IMG/VR virus record: IMGVR_UViG_3300029543_000197
Span: 950-64,949 of that record
DNA length: 64,000 nucleotides
Reading direction: 5' to 3' (one strand)
DNA from: a virus
Of the stretch, positions 46,321 to 56,566 are shown one piece after another. The notes beneath the pieces were generated by a model. That model did not search any database, was not told where the DNA came from, and was given only the letters and a program-made list of their open reading frames with translations. A program made the translations under genes and the position numbers. Every line of letters begins with the position of its first letter. Position 1 is the stretch's first letter.

Positions 46321-46854
46321 ATGATAATTATGGAAGACAACAAAAACCTTGAAGGACAGGGGCAGCAGAATCAGGAGCCAAATGCTACTACAGATGAAAA
46401 AGAGCCTACCGTAGAAGAGCTGATGGCACAGCTTGCTCAGGAAAGAGCCAATAGTGCGAAATTACAGAATGACTACAACAAGGCATCCTCGGAGGCTGCC
46501 AACTACAGAAAGCAGTTAAAAGCTAAACAGACGGCAGAAGAGCAGGAAGAAGAAGCCAAAAGAGAAGCAGAAGAAGAACATAAGAAGTACGTCAAAGGTC
46601 TGGAAGATACCATCAAAATGACAAATGCTACAAATCGCTATCTTGCACTTGGAATGTCAGGAGACATGGCTAAGGATACTGCACAGGCAGAGCTTGACGG
46701 TGATATGGTTAAAGTTACTGAGAACATGAGTAAATTCAAGGATGCTTCAATTAAAGAGGCTGAGACAGAATGGCTCAAGAGTAGACCGCCAGTAAATGCC
46801 GGACAAGGTGAAGATGAAGAGACTGATTTATTCCTGAAAGGATTCAACGGTTAA
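46321..46854 (+). CDS. Scaffolding protein
   Basis: Acidic, Gln/Glu/Lys-rich coiled coil (EEQEEEAKREAEEEHKK) immediately upstream of the major capsid gene. Confidence 0.6.
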   Translation: MIIMEDNKNLEGQGQQNQEPNATTDEKEPTVEELMAQLAQERANSAKLQNDYNKASSEAANYRKQLKAKQTAEEQEEEAKREAEEEHKKYVKGLEDTIKMTNATNRYLALGMSGDMAKDTAQAELDGDMVKVTENMSKFKDASIKEAETEWLKSRPPVNAGQGEDEETDLFLKGFNG

Positions 46855-46924
46855 TCTTCCTATATATACCGGGCACATAAAGATGTGTTCGCTGATTTCA
46901 AAAAGTTAGAAAAGGAGAATAGAA

Positions 46925-47758
46925 ATGGCTGTTAATTACGCTGAGAAGTATTCACAGATTGTGGATGAAAGATTCAAAATTGGTGCACTTACATCTGCGC
47001 TTGTAAACTACGCATATGACTGGGTTGGAGTTTCCACGGTAAAGGTATTTTCTGTACCGACTGCAACAATGGGAGATTACAAAACAGAGGGTGCTAATAG
47101 ATACGGAACACCGGCAGAGCTTGAGAATGAAGTTCAGGAGATGGTTCTTTCCAAAGACAGAGCCTTCACATTCACAATCGACAAGAAGAGTGAAGATGAC
47201 ACAATGGGAACAATGGCTGCGGCTGCTGCGCTGAGACGTCAGATTGACGAGGTTATTATTCCTGAGATTGATACATACCGTATCGCAAAACTGGTTGCAG
47301 GAGCAGACGTATCACACGTTGTTAAAGACGTTGCTGTGACAAAAGCTAACGCATATGAGAAATTCCTTGCTGTGCAGGAGATTCTTGACAATGCTAAAGT
47401 GCCGACAGGCGGAAGAGTTTGTATCGTAACTCCGGGTTACTACAATATGCTGAAACTTGACGAAGCATTTACAAAGAAAGGCGATATGGCTACAAAACTT
47501 GCTATCACGGGACTTGTAGGTGAAGTTGATGGAGTTCTTATTATCAAAGCTCCTGCATCTTACTTCCCTGAGAAAACAAACTTTGTAATCACTAACCCAG
47601 TGGTTATGCCATCACCAATTAAACTTGCTGAGTACAAGATTCATGAGGATGCACCGGGAATTTCTGGTAGCCTCGTAGAAGGACGTGTTCGCTACGATGC
47701 TTTTGTTCTGAATCAGAAGAAAGATGCTATCGGTGTTTGCCAGAACCCAGCAGACTAA
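46925..47758 (+). CDS. Major capsid protein
   Basis: 277 aa after the scaffold, with an AAAAGGAGAATAGAA RBS. Confidence 0.65.
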   Translation: MAVNYAEKYSQIVDERFKIGALTSALVNYAYDWVGVSTVKVFSVPTATMGDYKTEGANRYGTPAELENEVQEMVLSKDRAFTFTIDKKSEDDTMGTMAAAAALRRQIDEVIIPEIDTYRIAKLVAGADVSHVVKDVAVTKANAYEKFLAVQEILDNAKVPTGGRVCIVTPGYYNMLKLDEAFTKKGDMATKLAITGLVGEVDGVLIIKAPASYFPEKTNFVITNPVVMPSPIKLAEYKIHEDAPGISGSLVEGRVRYDAFVLNQKKDAIGVCQNPAD

Positions 47759-47771
47759 GGAGTAAGAGATA

Positions 47772-47948
47772 ATGATTATCACATTTGAAAAAAATGGAGT
47801 TAAGATGAGCGTGGGGTCTGAAATTCAGGCCTCCGCATTTGCGTTAAGTGGATGGAAACGGGTGGTTCAGAAAGCCACTGATTCCGAGACAAAAAGAAGT
47901 GGAACGGCAGATGAGAAACAGAGGGCAGGACGACCACCAAAGAAATAG
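47772..47948 (+). CDS. Small hypothetical protein (58 aa)
   Basis: Strong CTAAGGAGTAAGAGATA RBS; below the track cutoff. Confidence 0.4.
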   Translation: MIITFEKNGVKMSVGSEIQASAFALSGWKRVVQKATDSETKRSGTADEKQRAGRPPKK

Positions 47949-47956
47949 GTGATTGC

Positions 47957-48286
47957 ATGGACAGCTTAGTATATGAAATAAGTGAAGAATTGATCGAGGA
48001 ATTGTGCATATCGGAAAGTGCTGATTTGTTGGCTCTTAATTCCAAGATCAAAAATGCCTATCGAGAGGTAAAGAGGATAAGAAGTTATCCCGATGAATAT
48101 AGCGATGAGATGATAGAAAAGGATATGGAGCGGTATTACTCCAATATTCGCAATCTTGCACTGTACGACTATAATCAGATTGGTGCTGAGGGGGAAAGTT
48201 CTCATAATGATAACACTGGAACTAGGACATGGGTTCAGCGAAGCACGTACCTTGAAGGAGTTGTTGCTATATGCACAGTGGTTTGA
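47957..48286 (+). CDS. Head-tail connector (gp6-like DNA-packaging / head-tail joining protein)
   Basis: Position and size (109 aa) after the major capsid gene. Confidence 0.5.
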   Translation: MDSLVYEISEELIEELCISESADLLALNSKIKNAYREVKRIRSYPDEYSDEMIEKDMERYYSNIRNLALYDYNQIGAEGESSHNDNTGTRTWVQRSTYLEGVVAICTVV

Positions 48287-48399
48287 GAAAGGTATAGGTG
48301 ATCCGATTATCTCCCGGCAACAGGGTTAAGTTGCAGAAGATTGTGCGTGACCAATACGGTGACTGCCGGAAAGGTCGCAGGGACATATACGCATTTTAG

Positions 48400-48795
48400 G
48401 TGGAGGGTAGCGTATTGAGAAACTTGAAAAGAAATACACAGAAATTATGGTATGCAAATTACGTCAAAGACGTACATATTTTGGATGAAAATGGTGACGA
48501 TACAGGAGATTGCGACAGTGGTTACAGTTCTCCTGTATCTTTTTATGCTTCATTGTCAGCAAGCCGTGGAACTGCGTATGCAGATGTGTTTGGAACGAAC
48601 CTTGACTATACAAGAACGTTGTCCACAGTAGAAAATCTTCCGATTACAGAGGAGTCTCTTATTTGGAAAAACAAACCGACTGTGAATGCGGATGGCACTA
48701 TTGACGATAAAACGGCGGACTACACTGTTGCTGGCATTGCAGACGGCTTGAGTGGTGTCGTCGTCGCACTGAAAGTGAGGAAAAAGAATGCCTAA
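48400..48795 (+). CDS. Head closure / head-tail adaptor protein
   Basis: GTG start; 131 aa in the head-tail joining block. Confidence 0.45.
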   Translation: MEGSVLRNLKRNTQKLWYANYVKDVHILDENGDDTGDCDSGYSSPVSFYASLSASRGTAYADVFGTNLDYTRTLSTVENLPITEESLIWKNKPTVNADGTIDDKTADYTVAGIADGLSGVVVALKVRKKNA

Positions 48796-49294
48796 GTACA
48801 CAGTGGGACTGTCAGCGAAAGATTTCAGAGAGCTTGGTCGAAAAGTTCGGCTATACAACAACCGGATACAGGAGAAATGTGAAGAGTTCGCTTACAGGCT
48901 TGCGGAAGAAGGCATAGCGATTGCTCGTATAAAAATATCAGGTAAGGATGCTATTTACACGGGAGAGCTTTTAAACAGCCTGAAACTTGAGCAGGGAGAT
49001 ATCATCTACAATGGTGCTACATATGTTATTTATACTGATTGCCCGTGGGCTGCATATGTTGAGTTTGGAACAGGAGTGATGGGAGAGAAAACACCTCACC
49101 CTAACAAGTCCATTGCAGGATGGAAGTATGACGTGAATAATCATGGCGAAGCCGGCTGGTACTACTTTAAAGACGGAGAATGGCACTGGACAAACGGTAT
49201 GATTTCCCGTCCATTCATGTATGAGACTGGACAGCAGTTAAGGAATATGGGTGTGATAAGCAGTATTGCAAAGGAGGTGTTTGGAAGTGATTGA
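48788..49294 (+). CDS. HK97 gp10-like head-tail joining protein
   Basis: 168 aa; position in the block. Confidence 0.45.
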   Translation: MPKYTVGLSAKDFRELGRKVRLYNNRIQEKCEEFAYRLAEEGIAIARIKISGKDAIYTGELLNSLKLEQGDIIYNGATYVIYTDCPWAAYVEFGTGVMGEKTPHPNKSIAGWKYDVNNHGEAGWYYFKDGEWHWTNGMISRPFMYETGQQLRNMGVISSIAKEVFGSD

Positions 49295-49688
49295 CGCATC
49301 TAATAGGGTTCTGACCAACATAAAAACATATGTGGCAGAAACCTGTAAAAATGTATCCAATTATTCCAGCAAGTCACCACCATCATTTCCGGCAGTATCA
49401 GTCGTGCAAATTGACAACACGGATGCTTGCATGGATCTTGATAATTCAGAGAATGCTGTAAAATCGGTGATGGAAATTCAGTGCTATTCCAATAAGAACA
49501 TTACCGAATCAAAAAATATCATAAATCAATGTTGCGATGCTATGAGAAAAATGGGGTATGCTCGGTCATACGGTCCAAAACCCGTTGAAAATGCATCAGA
49601 CACAAACATTTATCGTACTGTGGCGAGATTTAACAGACTTGTTGCATCGGTGGATGAAATAAAGAAATTTGAAACTAAGGGAGCGTAA
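49287..49688 (+). CDS. Tail completion / tail terminator protein
   Basis: GTG start 9 nt after AAGGAGGTG; position before the major tail gene. Confidence 0.4.
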   Translation: MIDASNRVLTNIKTYVAETCKNVSNYSSKSPPSFPAVSVVQIDNTDACMDLDNSENAVKSVMEIQCYSNKNITESKNIINQCCDAMRKMGYARSYGPKPVENASDTNIYRTVARFNRLVASVDEIKKFETKGA

Positions 49689-49774
49689 AACTCCCTATTT
49701 TAATGTGTATTTTACCGGATGTCGCTAGGAGACATTCGCTGACCGCAATAGTTAGCGGTAGAAAGGAAGAAGAA

Positions 49775-50212
49775 ATGGCAAACGCAGAAGTAAAAGCATT
49801 GAGTACGATTAATACAGTCCTGAAATGTGGTGACACTGGTGCAACGGTTGCAAAGCTGTGTCCTATTAAGAACTACCCTGATCTTGGTGGAGATCCTGAG
49901 AAAATTACAGTAACCGATTTGGACGATGAGGATGAAGCGTCTATTCCAGGAGTTCGCAGTGCAGACGATATGCAGTTCACAGCGAACTACACGAAAGAAA
50001 CACATAAGGCAGTTCTCGCAAAAGCTGGTAAGAAGCAGGTGTTTGAGCTGGATTTCGGTGCTGATGGTAAAGATGGTCAGTTCTCTTGGACAGGAGTTCT
50101 GAGCGTAAAGGTCAACAGCGGTGATGTAAACGCTGCACGTGAAATGACCATTACGATTGTAAGAGACTCTGCGATCGAATCAGAAGCGGCAGCCACAGCA
50201 TTCGCATCTTAA
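49775..50212 (+). CDS. Major tail protein
   Basis: ATG after GAAAGGAAGAAGAA; about 145 aa; followed by a strong terminator. Confidence 0.55.
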   Translation: MANAEVKALSTINTVLKCGDTGATVAKLCPIKNYPDLGGDPEKITVTDLDDEDEASIPGVRSADDMQFTANYTKETHKAVLAKAGKKQVFELDFGADGKDGQFSWTGVLSVKVNSGDVNAAREMTITIVRDSAIESEAAATAFAS

Positions 50213-50244
50213 TATGCTGATACTGTTTAACATTGGAATTTGCT

Positions 50245-50276
50245 AGAGCCGCCTGGTGGAGGCTCTTATTTTTTAT
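50245..50276 (+). terminator. Rho-independent terminator after the major tail gene
   Basis: AGAGCCgcctggtggaGGCTCT followed by TATTTTTTAT. Confidence 0.55.
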
Positions 50277-50532
50277 CCAGTGTGTCGTAAAGCCCCCTGC
50301 TTTAGCTATGGGGATATAAGACTGAATAAAGGACTGCAAATGCAGTCAGCATAGTAAACGTAAAACAATAGAACATATGAACTGCACCGCAGGGCATACG
50401 GGAACAGTATAATCTAGCTTGTGGACACTGTGTAAGACATTGAGATACCGAATGGTATCAGCCAATGCAGTAGTGGTTGAAGCAAGAATTCCCATGCTTT
50501 ATCTGTGGGGAGTGTCAATAGGAGAGTTAAAA

Positions 50533-50898
50533 ATGGTAAAGGTAACGATCAACAGAAAAGAATACAGAGTAAAAGAAATGCAGTTTGGAGAATACGCAAA
50601 GATGGAAGAACAGGGATTCTCAATCATTGATGCGTTCCGTAAGAAACAGCTCTTACTTATCGCAATGGGATTTACTTGTGTGGCGGCAGACTGCGATCGT
50701 GAGGAGGCTGAGAGACTGATTACTCAGCACGTACTTGGCGGTGGAAACATTGTTGATATCACAAATGCTTTTGCGGAGGCAGTGTCAGAATCTGATTTTT
50801 TCCAAAAAATGCTCGGAATGACTCAGGACGAGCAGGAGACTCCGAAGAAAGCTACGAAGTCAAAGAAAGTAGCAGACGAGGAAACAGAGGAAGATTAA
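50533..50898 (+). CDS. Tail assembly chaperone (gpG-like)
   Basis: ATG after AGGAGAGTTAAAA; acidic C-terminus; sits before the tape measure gene. Confidence 0.55.
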   Translation: MVKVTINRKEYRVKEMQFGEYAKMEEQGFSIIDAFRKKQLLLIAMGFTCVAADCDREEAERLITQHVLGGGNIVDITNAFAEAVSESDFFQKMLGMTQDEQETPKKATKSKKVADEETEED

Positions 50899-50987
50899 TT
50901 AAAGCGGAAAGCTATACGCAGTTCATTTATGAGTATTGGCTGCCAATAGCAGCTAGATGTGGAATTGGCTACTCGGAATTTTGGAAT

Positions 50988-51281
50988 ATGACTCCGAGAG
51001 CGTTGAACATCTACAAGGAACAGCAGGAAGATCGTGAGCGTGAAGTGGCTGTAATGCAGGATATATCTGCATGGATGAATGGACTCTATGTACTGAAAGC
51101 GATTGGATGTGTCTTGTCTAAAAAAGCATCATACCCTGAAAAGCATATGATTGTTGGAAATGAATATTCGGAGGAGCTGACAGAGGAAGAACTGGAAGAG
51201 ATCATTGACCAAAATACGCAAATAGCAGCAGCTAATTTCGCAGCATGGGCGAATAGGACAAACAATACGGACTCGAGGTGA
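50988..51281 (+). CDS. Tail assembly chaperone -1 frame extension (gpGT-like)
   Basis: The -1 frame stays open from at least 50823 through the chaperone stop to 51281, ending at the tape measure start. Confidence 0.4.
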   Translation: MTPRALNIYKEQQEDREREVAVMQDISAWMNGLYVLKAIGCVLSKKASYPEKHMIVGNEYSEELTEEELEEIIDQNTQIAAANFAAWANRTNNTDSR

Positions 51282-54200
51282 GAGCAGTGGAAAATGAAAT
51301 TGACAGACTTGAAATAGTCGTTGAGACAGAGGCGAGTCGTGCCACTCGAGCATTAGGAGCCTTATATAAAAAACTTGAAAAAGTAGCAAATTCACTTGAA
51401 AAGGTCATGATTATGGCTCAAGGTGGATTTTCTTTCAAAAACGTTGATTTTGATAAACTGCTTTCCGGTGATGCCATGAAAGCGTCCGCCAAAAAACTTG
51501 GCAGGGATTTAGCAAATGATCTCATAAGGAATTTCAATCTAAATCTTGCGGGTGCAGACGTTCAGAATCAGGTAAAATCCCTTACGAAAAAAATCGCCAA
51601 GGGGCTTGCGGCAAATTCCGGCAATCCTTACAAAGGCTTTGCGGAAGATATTGAAGAGTTGGGAAATCTTACTGCGAAGAACGGTTCTATCGCAAAAGAG
51701 ACGGCTGACGAATATAGAAGGCTCTATGAGTGGATTAATAAGTCAGGGAAGATTAAGTTGAACCCTGAAACTGCGAAATCCATTGGAGATAGCTATAAGG
51801 AGCGTTCTCCGATATTAAAACAGAAAATGTCAACAGGCAGCGGAACGCCTATGGATGAGTATTACTCAGCACTGCAAAGCCAGTTTCCAAGTATCTTGAA
51901 AGAAACTGGAAGTGTTGAGGATCAGTTTGCTCAGCTTGACAATGCCATGAAGCATTTTTATGACACTTCCAAAGGCTATGAAAAACCAAAGGGATTTGAA
52001 GATTCCGCTTATGACAGTGTAATTGAGGGCGTAAATAATCTCGCAACCGGCATTAAAGCTGCAAAAGAAGAGTCCAGCCAGCTTTCAAAATCTGTTAAGG
52101 GAGTTGAAGATACTGGAAAGTCTCTTGCTGAGTTGTTCGGTGCTCAGATGGATTTGTCTGGACTTGAGAGGGCGAATGAGATTGCAAATAGTCTCAAACG
52201 CAGCACTGGAAGAACTGCCGAGCAGAAAGCTACTAGAAGCGACTTGAAGTATCCGGCAGCATCGCTTGATAATCTCAATAAGAAATTCAAGGATTCTATG
52301 GTGACAACGGATTTTTCATCTATGGGAGCGATTGAGCTTCAGGGTGAAATTTCAAAATATGAACGTGCGTATACCCGTGTCAAGCAAGCAGTAAGCGATA
52401 TGGTTACCCTGGAGGGTACAGACACACTAGGTGGAAAAGACTGGTACAAAAAAATTATGCAAATGAATCAGTATGAAAATGCCATCTATGCAGCGACTGA
52501 GGCTCTTGGAAAGTTAAATGCTGAAAGTAAAAAAGATTTTACTATTACACGTGAGACATCAACACCGGCTACTGCACCGACCGAGCAAAAAGGACATCCC
52601 GTTTCCGCAGAATCTGTTGGATATAACCCAGAGGCAGTGAAAGCGGTCTTCGGTGAAGAAGCTGCGCAGTATAGAAGTTTCGGCGATGCAGTTAAAGGAC
52701 TTGGAGTTAATGCATCGGAAGCAGGTAGAACACTGAATGACTTAGGCTCTTCAATGAATACCCGCACAGTAAATACATTCAATGAGCAAATAAAGCGATT
52801 AAAGGAAACCCTTGGAGAATTAGCGTCTAAGGGATTTGCAGAATACGACCCGGAATATGATGCTGTTGCAAGAGAGTTAGCAGAGGTTACAGCCGCAAAG
52901 AAGCAGTACGATAAAGAAATGCGTGATGTTGCGAAATCTGAGTTATCTATTGACACGAAGACTGCACAAGAGGGAATTAATACACTTGAGTACAAAATAA
53001 AACAGTTGAAGCAAAATCTTTCAGACCTTGGAACTCAAGGATATGGACAGGGAGATTCAGAGTACGATAGAGTCGCTCTTGAACTGGAAAGGGTTACAGC
53101 CGCAAAGAAGCAGTATGATAGGCAGATGCGGACGCGTGTAAAGGCTGAAATGGGAGCTGAAGAAGCTAAACGTGCTGCTGCTGCGATGAGCCGAGCCACG
53201 AAGATTGCAAACGGGTTCAAAAGAGCTGTCGGTAATATTAAGGGTGCCGGAAAATGGATTAATTCCGTGAAAAAATCTTTCGACAAGATGGCGAAGACGA
53301 TTGCAAATGCAAAGACGGTTGCGAGTAAGGCTATACATCCGATAAAAACACTAAAAGAATTAATGGGGTCAACGAATACCAAGCAATCACGGCGAGGAAT
53401 GTCGATTGGAAGAATGATTGGTTCATCCATCATGTTTTCAACCATTTTTGGATTAATAAGCAAGATAAAACAGGCAATCAAAGAAGGGTCAGATAACTTA
53501 ACTCAGTATAGTTCCGAGTATAACAAGAGTATTTCTGGCATGGTTAGCTCACTTCTTTACATGAAGAATGCATGGGCTGTCGCTTTTGCCCCGATTATTA
53601 ATGTGGTAGGTCCATATATATCTACATTCATTGACATGATTGCAAGTGCTTTGAATGCAGTTGGCCAGTTTATGGCAGCACTCACAGGGAAAGGCTATGT
53701 CGTACAAGCCAAAAAGGCGTGGAAAGACTATGCATCTGGATTGGATGCAACCAAGAAATCAGCTAACAGTGCTGAAAAAGCTCTTAAGGATTTACAGAAC
53801 TATACATTGGGAATTGATGAGCTGAACGTTGTCCAGCCGAATGATAATAGTGGTTCGTCCGGAAGTAGCGGTTCAGGCGGCAGTTCGAGCGGACCATCTC
53901 CGTCTGAAATGTTTGAAACGATTGAAGTTTCCAGTTCGATGAATAAATTGGCTGATATGTTTAAGGATGCTATAGCAAAGTCTGACTTCACTGAAATCGG
54001 AGCGATCATTGGGGATAAACTAAGTTCCGCCTTGGAGGGTATCCCGTGGGAATCTGTTTATCATAAGGCCGATAATTTTGGAAAAGACTTGGCGACATTC
54101 CTTAACGGATTGATTTCACCGAGGCTTTTTTATGATTTGGGAGGAACCGTTGCTAATTCTATAAATACAGCTTTTCATGCCGCCAATGCATTCAATATAA

Positions 54201-56158
54201 ATTTTGACTGGTCTAATTTGGGTGCATCTTTGGCAAGTAGCATAACTGGTTTTTTTGAAAATTGGGATGCGGGACTTACGGCAGAGACTTTCAGTAATTT
54301 TGTAAAAGGCATACTTGAGTCAATGACAAGCTTTATCAACACATTAGATGATGATGAGACCTTTGAAACTATAGGGCAAAAGCTTGTGGATTTTATTTGC
54401 GGAATTGATTGGGCGGGACTCACATGGGATCTTGCTCAATTTTTTCTGGCATTATCCGATGCGTTGCTTGACTTGCCAAATGATTTTGCAAGAGGTTTCG
54501 GACAGGAAATAATCAAAAAGATGTTTGGAGAAGAGGTTGAGCTTCCAGAAATTTCATTTCCACCTACATCAGCCATAGGTATTGCAACAACGTTTAAGAA
54601 CATTAGGGAAGAAGCAACAGATACGGCGATAGAAGTTGGAGCTAGATTTCAGAGTGGATGGGGAGTGGCTCAGCAGGCGTGGTCTGATGGAGATGGATTC
54701 TTTTCCGGAATTTGGCAGGGAATTCAATATGTTTTTGAGCCGGTAAGTGAGTGGTTCTCGAAGAAATTCTCTGCCGCAAAGACGCTTGCGGAAGCTCCTT
54801 TTAAATTTATTGGAACTTGGTTTTCTGAGCGTATATCCGATATCCGCAACAGTGTAAAACCTATAGCGGATTGGTTTAGTAAAACATTCCAAAAAGCCTA
54901 TAGTGGCATCACCAAAATTTTTGATAATATCGGTGGATACTTTGAAAAAGTTGCGGGGTGGATTAGTAAGCCGATTAAGGGAGCGTTGGATGCGGTTCGG
55001 AAAGCTGTGAACTGGATTTACAAAAAACTTGGAGGTGACAGCGACCTGATTCCAGCATTTGCAACAGGAACCAACGGGGTTGCTCATGATACATTGGGTG
55101 TTGTAAATGACCAATCAGGTAGCACGTATCGTGAGCTGGTTCAATTCCCGAACGGAAAGACAATTATTCCTACGGGACGCAATGTGGTACTGCCTATGCC
55201 AAAGGGAACAAAAGTTCTTCCAGCTGGAAAGACAGCAGCTCTTATGCAGATGCAGAGTATGCCACACTTCAAGAGTGGTATTGGAGATCTTATAGGTAGT
55301 GCGTGGGAGTCATTCAAAAGCTTTACCGGAAATGTATTTGATTATGCAACGCATCCTAAAAAGTTGGTTCAGTTGGCTATCGACAAGTTTACTGACTTCA
55401 CGGGGGCGTTAGAACCCGGACTTACTATTGCAAAGACATCCATTAATAAGTTGTTTGATTCAGTGGTTTCCAAAGTCAAGGATCTGTTCAGTGGAACAAG
55501 CATGGATTATTCGCCATCCGGTGGAGTTGAGCAGTGGAGAGAACTTGCAAAAAAGGCATTGCAGATGACAAAGCAGTTTTCAGAGGACAATCTGAATGCA
55601 TTGCTGAAACAGATGCAACATGAGTCAGGTGGAAATCCTTATGCAATTAATAACTGGGATTCCAATGCAAAGAAAGGAACTCCGTCAAAGGGTCTGATGC
55701 AGGTGATTGATTCAACCTTTAAAGCGAATGCGTTAGAGGGATACAACTCCAATATTTATGACCCGTTATCCAATATGCTTGCATCTATCCGTTATACAGT
55801 ATCAAGGTATGGAAGTCTGTATAGCGGTTGGACTGCAAGAGGATACAAAGGATATAAGACTGGTGGAATGCCGCTCAATGGTGAGATTTATGTGGCAAAT
55901 GAAAATGGATTCGGCTCTGAGTATATCGGAAACATTGGAAATCGCCATGTGGTAGCAAATAATAGCCAAATCGTTGAGTCTGTAAGTTCCGGTGTGGAGC
56001 GTGCAAATGATGAGACGAATGCTTTATTGAGAGAGGTTATTGAATATCAGAAAGCAATACTCAGGAAAAACGTGAGTGTAAATATGGATAGTAAGAGAGT
56101 TGATAAGCAGATTTCAAAAGCACGCAATAATGCGGGCTTTTCTTTTTCGCCAACTTAG
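51278..56158 (+). CDS. Tail tape measure protein with C-terminal lytic transglycosylase (SLT) domain
   Basis: 1626 aa, helical and repeat-rich. The C-terminal domain has QMQHESGGNPYAINNWD...GLMQV (the E-S and GLMQ motifs of SLT/lysozyme-like enzymes). Confidence 0.8.
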   Translation: MRAVENEIDRLEIVVETEASRATRALGALYKKLEKVANSLEKVMIMAQGGFSFKNVDFDKLLSGDAMKASAKKLGRDLANDLIRNFNLNLAGADVQNQVKSLTKKIAKGLAANSGNPYKGFAEDIEELGNLTAKNGSIAKETADEYRRLYEWINKSGKIKLNPETAKSIGDSYKERSPILKQKMSTGSGTPMDEYYSALQSQFPSILKETGSVEDQFAQLDNAMKHFYDTSKGYEKPKGFEDSAYDSVIEGVNNLATGIKAAKEESSQLSKSVKGVEDTGKSLAELFGAQMDLSGLERANEIANSLKRSTGRTAEQKATRSDLKYPAASLDNLNKKFKDSMVTTDFSSMGAIELQGEISKYERAYTRVKQAVSDMVTLEGTDTLGGKDWYKKIMQMNQYENAIYAATEALGKLNAESKKDFTITRETSTPATAPTEQKGHPVSAESVGYNPEAVKAVFGEEAAQYRSFGDAVKGLGVNASEAGRTLNDLGSSMNTRTVNTFNEQIKRLKETLGELASKGFAEYDPEYDAVARELAEVTAAKKQYDKEMRDVAKSELSIDTKTAQEGINTLEYKIKQLKQNLSDLGTQGYGQGDSEYDRVALELERVTAAKKQYDRQMRTRVKAEMGAEEAKRAAAAMSRATKIANGFKRAVGNIKGAGKWINSVKKSFDKMAKTIANAKTVASKAIHPIKTLKELMGSTNTKQSRRGMSIGRMIGSSIMFSTIFGLISKIKQAIKEGSDNLTQYSSEYNKSISGMVSSLLYMKNAWAVAFAPIINVVGPYISTFIDMIASALNAVGQFMAALTGKGYVVQAKKAWKDYASGLDATKKSANSAEKALKDLQNYTLGIDELNVVQPNDNSGSSGSSGSGGSSSGPSPSEMFETIEVSSSMNKLADMFKDAIAKSDFTEIGAIIGDKLSSALEGIPWESVYHKADNFGKDLATFLNGLISPRLFYDLGGTVANSINTAFHAANAFNINFDWSNLGASLASSITGFFENWDAGLTAETFSNFVKGILESMTSFINTLDDDETFETIGQKLVDFICGIDWAGLTWDLAQFFLALSDALLDLPNDFARGFGQEIIKKMFGEEVELPEISFPPTSAIGIATTFKNIREEATDTAIEVGARFQSGWGVAQQAWSDGDGFFSGIWQGIQYVFEPVSEWFSKKFSAAKTLAEAPFKFIGTWFSERISDIRNSVKPIADWFSKTFQKAYSGITKIFDNIGGYFEKVAGWISKPIKGALDAVRKAVNWIYKKLGGDSDLIPAFATGTNGVAHDTLGVVNDQSGSTYRELVQFPNGKTIIPTGRNVVLPMPKGTKVLPAGKTAALMQMQSMPHFKSGIGDLIGSAWESFKSFTGNVFDYATHPKKLVQLAIDKFTDFTGALEPGLTIAKTSINKLFDSVVSKVKDLFSGTSMDYSPSGGVEQWRELAKKALQMTKQFSEDNLNALLKQMQHESGGNPYAINNWDSNAKKGTPSKGLMQVIDSTFKANALEGYNSNIYDPLSNMLASIRYTVSRYGSLYSGWTARGYKGYKTGGMPLNGEIYVANENGFGSEYIGNIGNRHVVANNSQIVESVSSGVERANDETNALLREVIEYQKAILRKNVSVNMDSKRVDKQISKARNNAGFSFSPT
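52772..53150 (+). repeat. Internal tandem repeat (about 58 aa, two copies) within the tape measure protein
   Basis: ...GFAEYDPEYDAVARELAEVTAAKKQYDKEMR... and ...GYGQGDSEYDRVALELERVTAAKKQYDRQMR... Confidence 0.55.
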
Positions 56159-56170
56159 GAGGTGTAGGAG

Positions 56171-56563
56171 ATGGCAGCAAGGCATATATCTAATTTCATA
56201 CGGATAAATGGAAAGCCGTTTCCAACACCGAAACGGTATCCCAATATGGTAGTTACCACAGCGGTAAATGCTGCTCGAAATGCTAATAATAAGGTTGTTG
56301 GTCAGAAAATTGGAAGAGATAACTACAAGATCAACAACCTTGAATGGCCGTACTTGGATGCGAAAACATGGTCCGATATGCTAAAAGAATTTGATAAAAA
56401 TTATTTTTTCACTGTTCAGTTTTGGGACATGGTAAACAATAACTGGCGAACACTGACTATGTATCCGGGGGACAGGACGGCAGACGTTTTCAAGATCGAT
56501 TCTGAGGGGAGAGTTCTGTCTTACATAAATTGCAAGGTCAACATTATTGATGCGGGGTGGTAA
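56171..56563 (+). CDS. Small tail protein (distal-tail position)
   Basis: 130 aa immediately after the tape measure gene. Confidence 0.35.
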   Translation: MAARHISNFIRINGKPFPTPKRYPNMVVTTAVNAARNANNKVVGQKIGRDNYKINNLEWPYLDAKTWSDMLKEFDKNYFFTVQFWDMVNNNWRTLTMYPGDRTADVFKIDSEGRVLSYINCKVNIIDAGW

Positions 56564-56566
56564 TGA

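Noticed and set aside
51278-56158. Numerous antisense and out-of-frame track ORFs inside the tape measure protein, terL, portal and other large genes (for example 52486-52995, 53035-53481, 54569-55114 on the minus strand).
   Set aside because: They are fully embedded in long, well-supported + strand genes with no RBS and biased low-complexity (Ser/Phe/Leu-rich) products typical of antisense frames.
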